Shown here in pieces: positions 23,951 through 36,470 of a stretch of 64,000 bases of DNA (position 1 is the first letter of the stretch; each line of letters starts with the position of its first letter). The position numbers and the translations under genes are program-made. This DNA is from Felis catus (taxonomy: Eukaryota), in assembly GCF_018350175.1 (NCBI RefSeq), contig NC_058368.1:68202001-68266000 (forward strand), given 5' to 3'. The notes below the pieces were generated by a model. That model ran no database searches. It was given only the letters and a program-made list of their open reading frames with translations, and had not been told where the DNA came from.

Positions 23951-26068
23951 GTTTTTGCCTTTTGAAGGCAGAGACTTAGTTGTGGTCACTGTTATGCTGC
24001 TTCCCTGGCACCTACGATGTGCCTGGCTCAGCATTTAATGAATAAATAAATAAACATTGACTTTATTAATTTGAGGTGGTGGTTTGCCATTCCTTTCTTG
24101 TGTTCAGAGACCGGTGGAAAAATAGAAAGATACAAATCAGGAAGTTTGTTTTTGTTCAGTCTCTATATACTATTTCTTTTGAGAGTATCACTTAAGTTGC
24201 TTTTTTGGGAGCCGTTTATTTTATCGGCCTGCATGATTCCATTTTCTATTAAAATGCTGTTATTGTAAACTCAGCAGTAAATACTAAATATACTAAATAC
24301 TTGACTGCTTTTCTATGATCACGTGCTGAGTTGAGTAAATTAATCAAAAGAAGGCTTGTGTCTAAAAGTTCCTCCCTTTAATTGCACTGTGGGAAATAGT
24401 CAATAAAAAGATATTTGATGAGGAACGTTAGCCTTATCAAACTGAGCAAGATTATTGGTCATGGCAAGCTCCAAGCACTGTGCTGTGAACGTAAAGGCCT
24501 TTGAGTTGTTCCTACGTCTATGGAGTCTACGGTTTAAGAGGTAGACTATAAGTAAGCACAAAAATGATCACTAGCGTACAACAGGAGCCGAGAGCTATAC
24601 GTTAGGAGGATTGGATAAAGCAGGAGAAGTGACAAGGAAAGGCTTGATGGAGGTGAGGGGGGTAGGTGAGCATCTGCAAGGCCGACTCAGGGGGGGTCTA
24701 CTTCAGGGCAGAGAGAATTGGTGGCAACGGTGGGTGGAAGCCTTTCCAGGCAGAGGAACGAAGCAAGAATAATGGAAACTTACCATGTTGTGAATCTTTG
24801 TTCAAGTTGGTTTTTCATGGTGAAAAAGTCTATTAGTTTGTGAGAATCCAATTTCTTATTAATTCTATAAATTGCTGTAAGACTATTGAAGGTTCAGAGT
24901 TGCGTATGTATACACATTGCTGACAGAAAATAAAAACAAAATAATACGCTATCATTTTATGGGTGATTTAAATATATTCCCATTTAATTATGAAAATGGA
25001 AAATCATGGTCTTATTCAACTCCATCCCCTTAGAATTGGCATTTTGGTACAGTTTTCAAAAGCAGCCAAATTTCTACAAATGCTGGTTAACCTTTGGCTA
25101 AATTTCAGGTTTGTTTTCATCTCAGATATGCTTTGGTAATAAGATTGTTCTTAACATTTGCTTACAATACATCTTTAAAATGTATCCGGTCAGTTTGCTT
25201 GTGGGTAGAACTTGGCTTGGATATTTTGTGGTATCCCATACATTTTTAGCAAGACACCTCGGTTTTTCTTTAAGAAACTTTCCATATAACAATGTCTTAG
25301 GTTATGTGGTCTTGAAAATGCCTTATATTTGCATTGTGCTTTACAATTTACAAAGGCTGTTGCTTTAAGAGTTTACCTACTTCATACCAGTTGCTCCTAG
25401 TGATCGTTCTGTGAGTTAGCATAAGCCAGCTAGTCCAGAATTCCATGTACAAATTCCTGCTTCTCATATTTGCTCTTCAAATGTCTGGATGCCATACACT
25501 CACATAGCTGTTGAGAGCGTGGGATTCCAAAGAAGGTGTCAGGGCACCATCCAAGATCATTGATCAATGGGCACAGTGAGACCAATGCCAATGGACGGCG
25601 AGTCATGTGACCAGGGCCTCAATCAACCTTGGCTCTTTCATCACCCAGATGTAGACCCTGGACATATCACCAGACTTCTCTGGGTCTCAATGAATCATAC
25701 CTGAGAGTGAGCTGGAAGGAGGGGACTAAATCATCTCCAAGATTCCTTTTAGTTCAAAGTTTTGAGACTTGATGTGAACTTGAAAGTCAATGAAGCAGAA
25801 TAAACACAACCATTAGAGGAATCTGTTAGAGAATTTTGGTGAAGCATGAAGGATTTATGACATTGTGACACCAGTGAAGTGTGTTTGGACACGTCATCAT
25901 AGGCATTGAGCAAACAGGCAGCATTCCTTGTGTGGAATGTACTGAAAGTTTGTTTCATATTGACATAGGCACGTTTTTGATATATATGACCTGAAGTTTA
26001 CTTTGGTAAGGCTGCTGCAACATTTAAGTCATCTGTTTCTATTAGAAACTTATGATTTCCCTTAATTA

Positions 26069-26273
26069 ATTTTTTTAATGTTTATTCACTTTTGAGAGGG
26101 ACAGAGCATGAGCAGGGGAGGGGCAGAGAGAGAGGGAGACACAGAATCTGAAGCAGGCTCCAGGCTCCGAGCTGTCAGCACAGAGCCTGATGCAGGGCTC
26201 GAGCCCACAAACAGTGAGATCATGACCTGAGCTGAAGTCAGATGCTTAACCGACGGAGCCACCCAGGCGCCCC
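26069..26273 (-). mobile_element. CAN-SINE (SINEC_Fc-type)
   Basis: TSD ttccctt(a/g)atta 26057-26068 / 26274-26285. Confidence 0.96.
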
Positions 26274-26990
26274 TTCCCTTGATTATACTAAATAAAAGTT
26301 TCTGCTAACAGCTTTAAGAGAGGATCAAAAGAATTATTCCCATATATTGTAGATTAATAGAAACACGGTTGACACTGGCTAGGAAATGTTTTTTTATTTT
26401 GTTTTGTTTTGTTTTTTGTTTTTGTTTTTGTTTTGTTAAACGGTATTTTTTTAAACCATCTGCCTATGAAATGTGTAGTAAAAATACATTTATAGCAGCC
26501 GTTTTTAGAAAGCAAGAATAGTATCAAATGTTGATATTATAAATATTAACATATATTTTCTTATGGACTCTCTTATAAATGAAGGTGCTTATAGCCCATG
26601 ATAATTGAAGGGAATTCATTGTTTTCTTGTGTACTGGTCCATAAACTAGGTAATTGACTGGAATCAGAGCTAAGATTTGTTGTTACCCTTGGTACATTTT
26701 CTAGGCAATTGCAGAGCTTCCATGTATATCACCTTATTGATCTAAAATTTGATCATTTTATCACTAGTTCTTTAAAAAAAAAATCTGTGGTTCCTTTTCA
26801 GAATCTGTTTCTACTTGAAAAACTCTTAATTTCTTTTCATTATCAACACTTTCCTATTCTTTAGACAATTCATATACAAATGCCCATGCACACAAGCCTT
26901 CCTTATGAACCTCTCTGCTCCTAGAAGCAGAAAGTATTCTAAGTGGGGCCATATTCACCTTATGTATATATTTTTAGAAATCAGTCTGTT

Positions 26991-27171
26991 TTTTTCTTTT
27001 TTCTTTTTTAATGTTTATTTTGAAGAGCAAGAGATCAGGGGAGAGGCGGGGGGGTGGGTGGAGGATGTGAAGTGGACTCTGTGCTGACAGAAGAGAGCCC
27101 AATGCGAGGCTTGATCCCACGAGCCACATCATGACCTGAGCCAAAATCCACTGGGCCACCCAGGCACCCCC
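26991..27171 (-). mobile_element. CAN-SINE with ~20-nt deletion in the tRNA head
   Basis: TSD agtctgtt 26983-26990 / 27173-27180; lacks the aagagtcgg..cttaaccga segment seen in other copies. Confidence 0.9.
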
Positions 27172-28134
27172 TAGTCTGTTGATCACCACATGAGGAAACT
27201 ATGGATCTCTGAACATCCATTTCTGTAAGTCACATGGAGTTAGCAGAAGAAAACCTCCCTGAACCCAAAACTCAGATTATATTTTTCTATCTCTGACATG
27301 ACTTGCTAGATAGTTGTATTACTTCTACTTTCTTTCTTCAAGTAAAGGAGACAAAGAGAATAATGTAGTTGGCTAATTCTTTGAAGGCTGAATCGGTATC
27401 TTATTAATTTGTGTATCTTTGGCACCTAGTAGGTGTCAGTAATTCTTTGTTGAATAAACAAAGCTCCTCATAGGCTTTCAACCAAAGGGCAAAATACACA
27501 AGATGCTTTACTACAGAATAATTCATGAGATGCTAGTGACAAAAGGGTCATTTTTTTTCTTTCCGTAAACATGTTCAAGAGACATAAGAGTTCAGAGAGA
27601 ACTGAAGTCTTTCAAATCTTAATATACTTAGTGCTGGCATCTTAAAATAATTTATGGATGTGACTTTTGTAGTATGTCACAGAGATAATTTGTCTACAAT
27701 CATTTCATAAGTATCACTGAATAGCTGTCTTGTAATAAAAGTCCATCATTATTATATTGAATCCGACTTAAATACAGAATGTATGTTGTACTCTATTGTA
27801 GAATGCATTTAAATACCTTGATTAAATCCTACTAACTCAATTTTGAATGACACTTCATGCCCTTAGTGTCTTAGGGTCTCCCCCCCCCCCACCACCAACA
27901 TGGTGATTGTCTTTCCTTGGCTTCTCACCATATTCATTGATTTTATTTTTCTATTAGTTTACAGAAAATTTGGGGCATTTATATGAGTTTTCATTAACTA
28001 CAGTTACTTAACAATTTTAAATTATGCTATAGTGAAGCTAATTTAAATACGCTGAGTTTATCACTGTTGAATCAGATTTTAGGAATCAGTCTGTACTTCC
28101 AACATAATCTTTCACTAACATTTTTCCTTTGCAG

Positions 28135-28218
28135 CATCTTTTGGATTTTAGCCACTGTTCATCCAGCCTAAGGCTTTTACAGAAAAGGGTGGGGTTTAGC
28201 TCCGTTTGAGCTGAGCTG
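28135..28218 (+). other. Candidate non-coding (UTR/lncRNA/poison) exon, 84 nt
   Basis: Branch point CACTAAC 28113-28119, pyrimidine tract, GCAG acceptor at 28134, donor CTG|GTAAGA at 28218/19; stops in all three frames. Confidence 0.35.
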
Positions 28219-28310
28219 GTAAGAGTAAACCTGAACGACAGTAGCTGTAGGTGTACCAGAGGAAGACAACGGATGGATGGAATGCTGGGATTAATCCAGC
28301 TTCGCTAGGT

Positions 28311-28480
28311 CTGTCTCTGAAAGTATAGTCCAGGGCCAGCAGTATCAACATTGCCTGGCAGATTCTCAGGTTCTGCCCACACCTACCGAGTGAGAATCCC
28401 CGGAGGTAGGATCCAGCAATCTGTAGTTCACAAGCCCTCCAGGGGAATCTAATTCTTGCTCAAATCTTCCCTTGCCGTGA
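28311..28480. mobile_element. MER5A hAT-Charlie MITE
   Basis: ccagcagtatcaacatt..ctgg..cagattctcagg...cccacacctac..agtgagaatc...ccagcaatctg...acaagccctccagggga. Confidence 0.75.
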
Positions 28481-28749
28481 AGAATTCTCTGGAGGCTAAA
28501 GCAACCAATAGTACCTTCCCATCTCAGGGAGGTCCAGCTAATACAACCCACACCTTCATCAATATAAACTGAAACTCAATAGTATACGTGGGTTTCCGTG
28601 CAGACAAACTTGAGCTTGCATTCCAAGGAATGGATTCCTAACTCCTCATCTGGGATAACCCATGTAAGCAGCAGGTTCCTCAACTAAAGAATAATGCTGA
28701 CCTTGCCGGGCTGTAGGGAGGATAGAATGATATGTGAAAAGCAAGACTC

Positions 28750-28921
28750 AGAGATGCTTTTACCACTTTGTTACCAAAGCTTCACTTGTTTCAAGTCCCT
28801 TCTAGATAATATTAAGTTTGCAACCTAGTTTTGTAATTTTTTTGAAGCCTGTATTCTTTTCTTAAGGAGAATCCTCAAACTGGATTAGCTTCAGGACCCG
28901 CAGAATCCCAGTGCACTCCTG
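28750..28921. mobile_element. MER96-like hAT fragment
   Basis: End resembles recalled MER96 (ctcaaactggattagcttcaggacccgcagaatcc...cctg). Confidence 0.4.
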
Positions 28922-29620
28922 GCATAGTGCAATGGTTGGCACGGGCCAGAGACGTAGTGAGTGTTGGTTATTTGAGTACTGAGTCTCCTCCCTTTTCCTG
29001 CCATTTTCTGTCATGTACATCTGAGCCCTGAACTATAGTCTGGAATGACTTACCAGCGTAGAACATAAGCCAGGTGAGGGGTGCATGACGCACATTTCTG
29101 GAGACAATGAGTTGGAAATGTATTTAGGGAATGAAACTTAAGTGCCAACTCTCACAAAGCAAGAGTCTGCTTCCTTTTAGCTCAGGCGAAGATTCCAGCC
29201 ACTCTGTTTACATTTATCTAACACCTGGCAAGCAAAGCTTATGGAGACCGATTTTTTTTTTAAGATCAAAACCTTTTTAAACTAATGTGAAGTTGCTTAA
29301 GATTCAAATGACTGTTCTCCGAAAGATTGTATTCTCTGCCCTCTCTTTGACAATGATTATAGTAATTGAACACAATATAGGCTTCTCCATTGAAGTGTAT
29401 GAATGTAGACACTTAAGGTTATATTTGCACAGTAGCATGTGTAGACTTAGCCATGTGTCTTCTTGCAATACGGATGGTGTCATGCAAAAAGTGCTTTTGC
29501 TCATTGGCTTGAAAACGTACCCCAGCGACATTAATGCAAGTATCCTTCAGCGTCATCAATTATCCTATTTCTCTATACTTCTTTTCAATTAATTTCATTC
29601 TAGAATGTAGAGTTATCTAA

Positions 29621-29623
<3 letters not shown>

Positions 29624-29666
<43 letters not shown>
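29624..29666. repeat. (GT)n microsatellite
   Basis: Seen directly. Confidence 0.97.
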
Positions 29667-29667
<1 letters not shown>

Positions 29668-31659
29668 TTTAATGACAGTAGTCTAGCGTTTTCAGTATTT
29701 ATCAAATGCTGACTGGATCTTTTTGGTTGAAGAGTTGGTTAGGAAAATTACTGTCAAGCTCACTCACCACCATAGTAACCGAATTTTAATACCTTCTGGG
29801 GATACAGACATTTATGTAATCTAACTCTGTGGCACTGAGGTACAGTGTATGTAGTGTATTTATGATTGAACAGAAAGTTTCAAACAGCGGCCTGTGAAAT
29901 TGGATTTTAGATGTAATGTACCATAAATAAGTGCTATAAAGATTGCCTTTAATGCTATAAATCAGATTTTATTGGTTTCAGCTATCTCATTCTGGTTATT
30001 GTATTACCCACAAAATCAGAGGAAATCAAAGAGCTGGAATATTTTTTATTTTAATATCCCATATTCTACAGTAATGGCACATGCACCCTTACAGCTTCCT
30101 TTTTGGGTAGGTTGGACAAAGTTGACAGGTGGCAGGCCCTGGCAACATATCAGTGGCAGGATCGATGTAAACAACCAAACTTTGGGACTTGAAACCTTTT
30201 AAAATCGCCTGTCTATGAAATATACAAGGTAGGTGAATTGGCAGATCCCTTCCGTTTCTGAGAAGCTGGCTGTCATGTTCTTCCTGCAAGGCTGACACCT
30301 GTAGAGATTGGCAGGTGAGATGTGCTTTGCATCTTTGGGAAGTGGACGGAGTTTGGTGATGAAGCTCTCCATTGGGGCTGAAGGTACCCGTGCATGACCT
30401 GAGTTATTTAAAGCTCCAAAAGCTGTTGCTATGAAAGAAAGTTGTGTCTTCAAACAATCTCTCAATGTTCCATTTAGAATCTACGCCCACCCACCCCACA
30501 CACTTTGATGCTTTTAATTCAGTATGGTTTGGTCAAGAAAATCAACATACTGGCGTTTTAAAAAATGCTTGGAAATGCAAACACGATGGACTGATAGAGC
30601 CCAGGAAGCCATAGTAATTTAAAGGTGAACCAGTTAGGATTAGAACAGTTTTCAAGCTCTTAAAAATGCAACTGTACTTGGTTCATGTGTAGTTTTCCTT
30701 AGTGTTTACTTATGTAAGTACCCCACATTCAAGACACTGAGTAGCCTGTGCACGCCTTGTGGGTATGACTCTCACTGTTCAAGGTCAAAGCCGTGGGACC
30801 TGAAGAAGGTGAGAGGAGCCACAAGGGTTTCTTGAAACTGAGGATATCAGAGAGCTACATCTTCATTATGCTCCACTTTTTATTTTTACTGCTGCATTAC
30901 ACCAGATTTTTCTTATTAGTTCCCCCAGCTGAAAAATAACCATACTTCGCCATCAGAGAAGGCACCAAAAGGCTGTGTTTTGTCTTGATTACAAAGAAAT
31001 CTAATTCCCACAAACGCTTAAGTAATCTTGAACCTGCTGGAGATAAAGGCCATAGATAACGTTAATACTATAATATTATGCCAATCTGAGTTCAGCAATT
31101 ATTTTTTTTTTCCAACATAGGAAATCTTCTTCATGCCACCTTTACTCGCTGTGAACTAAGCTGGAAGAACTAAGGGGATTATGTTGATCAGGGCTTGACA
31201 TTTATGACTGCCAGTTCTCTGCTGAAAATACAGCCCAGGAGCTCAGCCCTAGCCCTGGGAGGCAGCTGGATCCCAGAGTGTGCTTTGGCACTTGTTTTAA
31301 GCTTCACTCAGTTTTCTGGGAGCCCCATGGCCACCTGCATTGAACAAGGAACTGTCCCTGTCTGGAAGCATACATGTGGCGAGGGGAGGGGGAGGGGGGC
31401 CTTTTTCTTTAAGGACCTCTGTTGCTAGTTCCATGTTCTTAATGGAGCAAAGGGAATCTCTCTCTCTCCAAAACTCGCCTTCTCCAAGAAGCTATCATCA
31501 ACGAAAACCCTCCCTATTTAGTTACAGACCAACCAAATGATTCTGTCATTTGCCTCTTTTGTACTCCTCTCAACGTGACTCTCTTCAGGCAAATACTAAA
31601 AATATACTTTTATATTTTGAGTTATTTAGTTTGCTTTCTTTTGCCTTCTCTTCTAGCCC

Positions 31660-32276
31660 AGTTGGCCTGAGATCACCAGAAACGAGCTTTTATTCAGCAA
31701 AGTCAGGTTTATTGTGCCATTGCAGTGAGGGAGACCACATACCAGGGAACTATGGGGCATTTCACCAAACAGAAGAAAACATAGGGGTTATTATAGGATT
31801 TTGAGGGATAATGGAGTTTAGGTTACATTTAAATAAAGCAGTGTTTGGATAGGCTCAAGCAAAGCAGGGCTGTGTGCAAAGGGTTTAACATCAAGTCCGG
31901 GCTGTGAAGTGGATCTAAAGTCCTGTTTCCTTGGAAACTACAAAGTTAAGACAGACGTACAGTGTAGGGTCTCGAAACCCTATTTGAAGCTCTGCACCAG
32001 GATTGGAAATTGAGGATGCCTTTGTGTCAAAGTGGCTTAGATCCTCTACAGGAGTGTGATGTTTAATTTTTACTGATACAATTCCCCCAAAAAACCCAGT
32101 TTTTGATAATTAAAATGTTAATTTTTTTAAAAAAATTCAATTCAAATTAGTTAACATACAGTGTAGTATTGTTTTCAGGAGTAGATAGAACCCAATGAAT
32201 CATTGCTTAGAGCAAAGTATCTCAGTGAGTAAAAAAAGCAGTAGTCACCCAAAGGTGTTTGTCGAGACACTTTACA
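31660..32276 (-). mobile_element. Old ERV-type LTR (family uncertain), interrupted by a short L1 tail
   Basis: Minus strand starts TGTAAAG at 32276; AATAAA signals near the other end (tttatt ~31689 and ~31708); LTR-like composition; no TSD found. Confidence 0.45.
32120..32210 (-). mobile_element. Very short carnivore L1 3'-terminal fragment
   Basis: aaattagttaacatacagtgtagtattgttttcaggagtaga..accc is L1_Carn-like 3' end in antisense. Confidence 0.65.
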
Positions 32277-32349
32277 TCGGCAGTATGTACTTGGGAGAAG
32301 TATTGTTTCCTGTTAACTTTCAGCTGGCTTTATCTGTATCTGTTTTTCT

Positions 32350-32571
32350 TTCTTTCTTTTTTTTTCAACGTTTTTTATTTATTTTTGGGACAGAGAGAGA
32401 CAGAGCATGAACGGGGGAGGGGCAGAGAGAGAGGGAGACACAGAATCAGAAACAGGCTCCAGGCTCCGAGCCATCAGCCCAGAGCCCAACGCGGGGCTCG
32501 AACTCACGGACCGCGAGATCGTGACCTGGCTGAAGTCGGACGCTTAACCGACTGTGCCACCCAGGCGCCCC
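32350..32571 (-). mobile_element. Young CAN-SINE (SINEC_Fc)
   Basis: CpG-rich; perfect 15-bp TSD tgtatctgtttttct 32335-32349 / 32572-32586. Confidence 0.98.
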
Positions 32572-33532
32572 TGTATCTGTTTTTCTAGATGCTGCGTGTA
32601 GAGGTACCTTGTTTACTTTTTCAATTTAACTAATTTTTATTTTCTTACTCCCCATGTCAGTTAGAAAAACTTAACTTGCAAAGAACTAAATACTCAACAC
32701 AAATAGGCTTAAATAATTAAGAAAATGTATGGACTAACAACAGAAGGGCTGAGTAATGGAAAGGGCTTCAGGCAAGGTTTGATCAAGCATCTTTTGAAAA
32801 TCACTAAATATCTTCTTTCTTTCTCTTCCCATAGCTCTCCATACTGCCTGCTTTACCCACATCTTATTGCTTCTTTTGGAACTCAGATGTTGTTGGTCTT
32901 TTTAATGACTCTTTCAGGTTTTATACTTCTTTCTCAGTCCTGCTTTCTTAATATTTTTACCATCTCTATATTTCAGTTTATTAATTTTGTCTTCAATTAG
33001 GTCATATTCAGCTGTTAATCTGTCTCTTGGATTTTATATTCCAATTATATTGTTTCTAGAAATTCCAGGTGGCTATTTTTCACGTCTGCCTGCCTTTGTG
33101 ATAGTGCTCATTCCTTTTAGGTATTTTCAACTTCTCCTTTTATGTCCTCAATCATTTTAATATACTTCATTTTTATTCCATATCTCATAGTTCTATTATC
33201 CAAAATCTATTTCAAGATCTATTCTTATTTATCTGTTGACTTTTACCTAATGGATTTTTTTTCCTGTTTTTATTTGGTAATTTAAGATTGTGAATTTATT
33301 TCCCTTGTGGTTTTATTCGTTGGAATCCTTTGTATCCTGGGTTGAGATTAGAGTAGGGGTGGGGATGGGAGTCAGGAATCTCAGGAATTTTATTGGCAGA
33401 GAATATTCTATGTTAAATATCAGGTTGTAATTTCCTGTATCATGTTGTAGTAAAGATTCAGACACCAAATCTATATGAGAACATACTTGTGAGTAAATAT
33501 TCTCAGGGAAACTTTTATTCACCCAGATCTCA

Positions 33533-33535
<3 letters not shown>

Positions 33536-33567
<32 letters not shown>
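33536..33567. repeat. (TG)n microsatellite
   Basis: Seen directly. Confidence 0.95.
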
Positions 33568-33570
<3 letters not shown>

Positions 33571-34295
33571 ATGAGGTCATATATTTATTTTCCACCATTT
33601 TTGAAAGGTTAGACCTTAAACTGTATGTATGTTTCCACTGTAACATCATATGGGTTGCAAATAACTTACCCCAATTTCTGTTAGCTCTTTTGTTCTTTTT
33701 ATGATTATTTTTATAAAGTGAAGTTCTTAATTTTAACATAGTCCAGTTTATCAATATTTTCCTGTTTTGATATTATAAATATTAATCTGTAGCAATTTTG
33801 CAGAGATATTCTCCTCTATTATCTGTTAATATGCCTAGATTTGATTTTTTCTGTATGGTGTGAGATAGGGAATCCAACTTTATTTACTTCACATAGAAAA
33901 CCAACTCTTCAGTATCATATAGCTTTCTCTATAGCTTTTCAACCAGCTCCATCAACTGTTAGTTTTCATACACGATTGGGTCAGTTTGAAAGCTTTCAGT
34001 TCTACTTCTCTGGTTTATTTACATATACTTGAATCAGCATCTTACTGTCTTATTATACAGTAAGTACTAATACCTGTTAGGCAGGTGTTCTCACCTTGTT
34101 TTCTTCTTCAAGTGTATCTGGGCTATTCTTCATTATTTGGATATTCCATATAATTTTAAAATCTATTTGTGTGTAGAAAAATTGGGGAAAACCTGTTATT
34201 TTCATAATATTGGTTCTTTCTGTTAATGAATTTGTCATTCCTATCAATTTTTTTATTTTTATAGACTAATTTTTTGTTTAAAATGATTAACTTTT

Positions 34296-35539
34296 ATTTA
34301 TTTATTTTAATATGAAATTGGTTTCTATACAACACCTAGTGCTCATCCCAACAGGTGCCCTCCTCAATGCCCATCACCCACTTTCCCCTCCCTCCCACCC
34401 CCCATCAACCCTCAGTTTATTCTCAGTTTTTAAGAGTCTGTTGTGGTTTGGCTCCCTCCCTCTCTAACTTTTTTTTTCCTTCCCCTCCCCCATGGTCTTC
34501 TGTTAAGTTTCTCAGGATCCACATAAGAGTGAAAACATATGGTATCTGTCTTTCTCTGCCTGACTTATTTCACTTAGCATAGCACTCTCCAGTTTCATCC
34601 ACGTTGCTGCAAAAGGCCATATTTCATTCTTTCTCGTTGCCAAGTAGTATTCCATTGTGTATATAAACCATAACTTCTTTATCCATTCATCAGTTGATGG
34701 ACATTTAGGCTCTTTCCATAATTTGGCTATTGTTGAAAGTGCTGCTGGGGCATCTGGGTGGCTCAGTCAGTTAAGCGGCTGACTTCAGCTTAGGTCATGA
34801 TCTTGTGGTCCGTGAGTTCGAGCCCCGCGTCGGGCTCTGTGCTGACAGCTCAGAGCCTGGAGCCTGTTTCAGATTCTGTGTCTCCCTCTCTCTGACCCTC
34901 CCCCATTCATGCTCTGTCTCTCTCTATCTCAAAAATAAATAAACGTTAAAAAAAATAGAGAAAGTGCTGCTATAAACATTGGGGTACAAGTGCCCCTGTG
35001 CATCAGCACTCCTGTATCCCTTGGGTAAATTCCTAGCAGTGCTATTGCTGGGTCATAGGGTAGATCTATTTTTAATTTCTTGAGGAACCTCCACATTGTT
35101 TTCCAGAATGGCTGCACCAGTTTGCATTCCCACCAACAGTGCAAGAGGGTTCCCGTTTCTCCACGTCCTCTCCAGCATCAATAGTTTCCTGATTTGTTCA
35201 TTTTAGCCCCTCTGACTGGCGTGAGGTGGTATCTCCGTGTGGTTTTGATATGTATTTCCCTGATGAGGAGTGACGTTGAGCATCTTTTCATGTGCCTGTT
35301 GGCCATCTGGATGTTTTCTTTAAAGAAGTGTCTATTCATGTCTTGTGCCCATTTCTTCACTGGATTATTTGTTTTTCAGGTGTGGAGTTTGGTGAGTTCT
35401 TTATAGATTTTGTATACTAGCCCTTTATCCGATATGTCATTTGCAAATATCTTTTCCCATTGTCTGTCGCCTTTTAGTTTTGTTGATTGTTTCCTTTGCA
35501 GTGTAGAAGATTTTATCTTCATGAGATCCCAATTGTCCA
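34296..35539 (-). mobile_element. 5'-truncated feline-type LINE-1 (L1_Fc-like), interrupted by a SINE
   Basis: Minus-strand ORFs give [11 protein letters not shown]...RYHLTPVR and [11 protein letters not shown]...[13 protein letters not shown]; same family as 744-2027; TSD taaaatga(t/g)taa(c/t)tttt 34279-34295 / 35540-35556. Confidence 0.95.
34747..34959 (+). mobile_element. CAN-SINE nested in L1 ORF2
   Basis: Perfect 12-bp TSD gaaagtgctgct 34735-34746 / 34960-34971 made of L1 sequence. Confidence 0.97.
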
Positions 35540-35635
35540 TAAAATGAGTAATTTTTAAAAAGTATTGTATATCATTGGTTAAATTTATTTCTTGGTACTT
35601 AATAGGATTTGGTGCTATTTTAAATGGTATACTTT

Positions 35636-35853
35636 TAAAAATTTTTTAATGTTTTATTTATTTTTGAGAGAGAGAGAGAGACAGAGTGCAATCAGGGGAG
35701 GGGCAAAGAGAGAGGGAGACACAGAATCTGAAGTAGGCTCCAGGCTCTGAGCTGTCAGCACAGAGCCTAATGCAGGGCTTGAACCCACAAACTGGAACAT
35801 CATGACCTGAGCCAAAGTCGGATGCTTAACCAACTGAGCCACCCAGGTGCCCA
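35636..35853 (-). mobile_element. CAN-SINE
   Basis: TSD taaatggtata.. 35621- / 35854-. Confidence 0.95.
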
Positions 35854-35955
35854 TAAATGGTATATTTCAAAATTTACATTTCTTATTGCTGCGGTATTGG
35901 AAATATAATTTAATTTTGAATATTTTGTATCCAACAGTTTTGCTAAAAAATCTCT

Positions 35956-35976
35956 TTATTTTTAATATTTATTTAT

Positions 35977-36024
<48 letters not shown>

Positions 36025-36178
36025 CAGGGGAGGGGCAGAGAGGGAGAGAGAATCTCAAGGAGGTTCCATGCTGTTAGCACAGAGCCCCACTGGGGCTCAG
36101 TTTCAATAACCATGAAATCATGACCCGAGCCAATGTTAAAAGTCAGATGCTCAACTGATTGAACCACCCAGGTTCTCT
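35956..36178 (-). mobile_element. CAN-SINE with expanded (GA)n
   Basis: TSD ctaaaaaa(t)ctct 35943- / 36180-; long GA tract. Confidence 0.92.
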
Positions 36179-36339
36179 ACTAAAAAACTCTAATTATTTA
36201 TAATGTATAATCTGTATATTATTTTTGTGTTCTGTGGATGTACTCATATCTTTTGCAAATGGGGACAGTTTTATTTTTTCCATTCTGATTCTTCTATTTA
36301 TTTGTATTTTCTTACTGGCAGAGATCTCACTAATTCTCT

Positions 36340-36470
36340 TAATCTGAGTTATAATTGACATGTAATATTGTGCAATGTAAGGTCTATAGCATGTTGATTT
36401 GATACATTTACATACTGTAATATGTTTGCCATTATAGCATTAGCTAGCACCTCTGTCATCATATAATTTA
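36340..36470 (-). mobile_element. Short L1MA9/L1_Carn-like 3' end fragment
   Basis: ctgagttataattgacatgtaatattgtg...aaggtctatagcatgttgatttgatacattt. Confidence 0.6.

Noticed and set aside
30270..30320. Possible 24-nt microexon (AAG|GCTGAC...GGCAG|GTGAGA)
   Set aside because: Weak AAG acceptor and short pyrimidine tract; no other support
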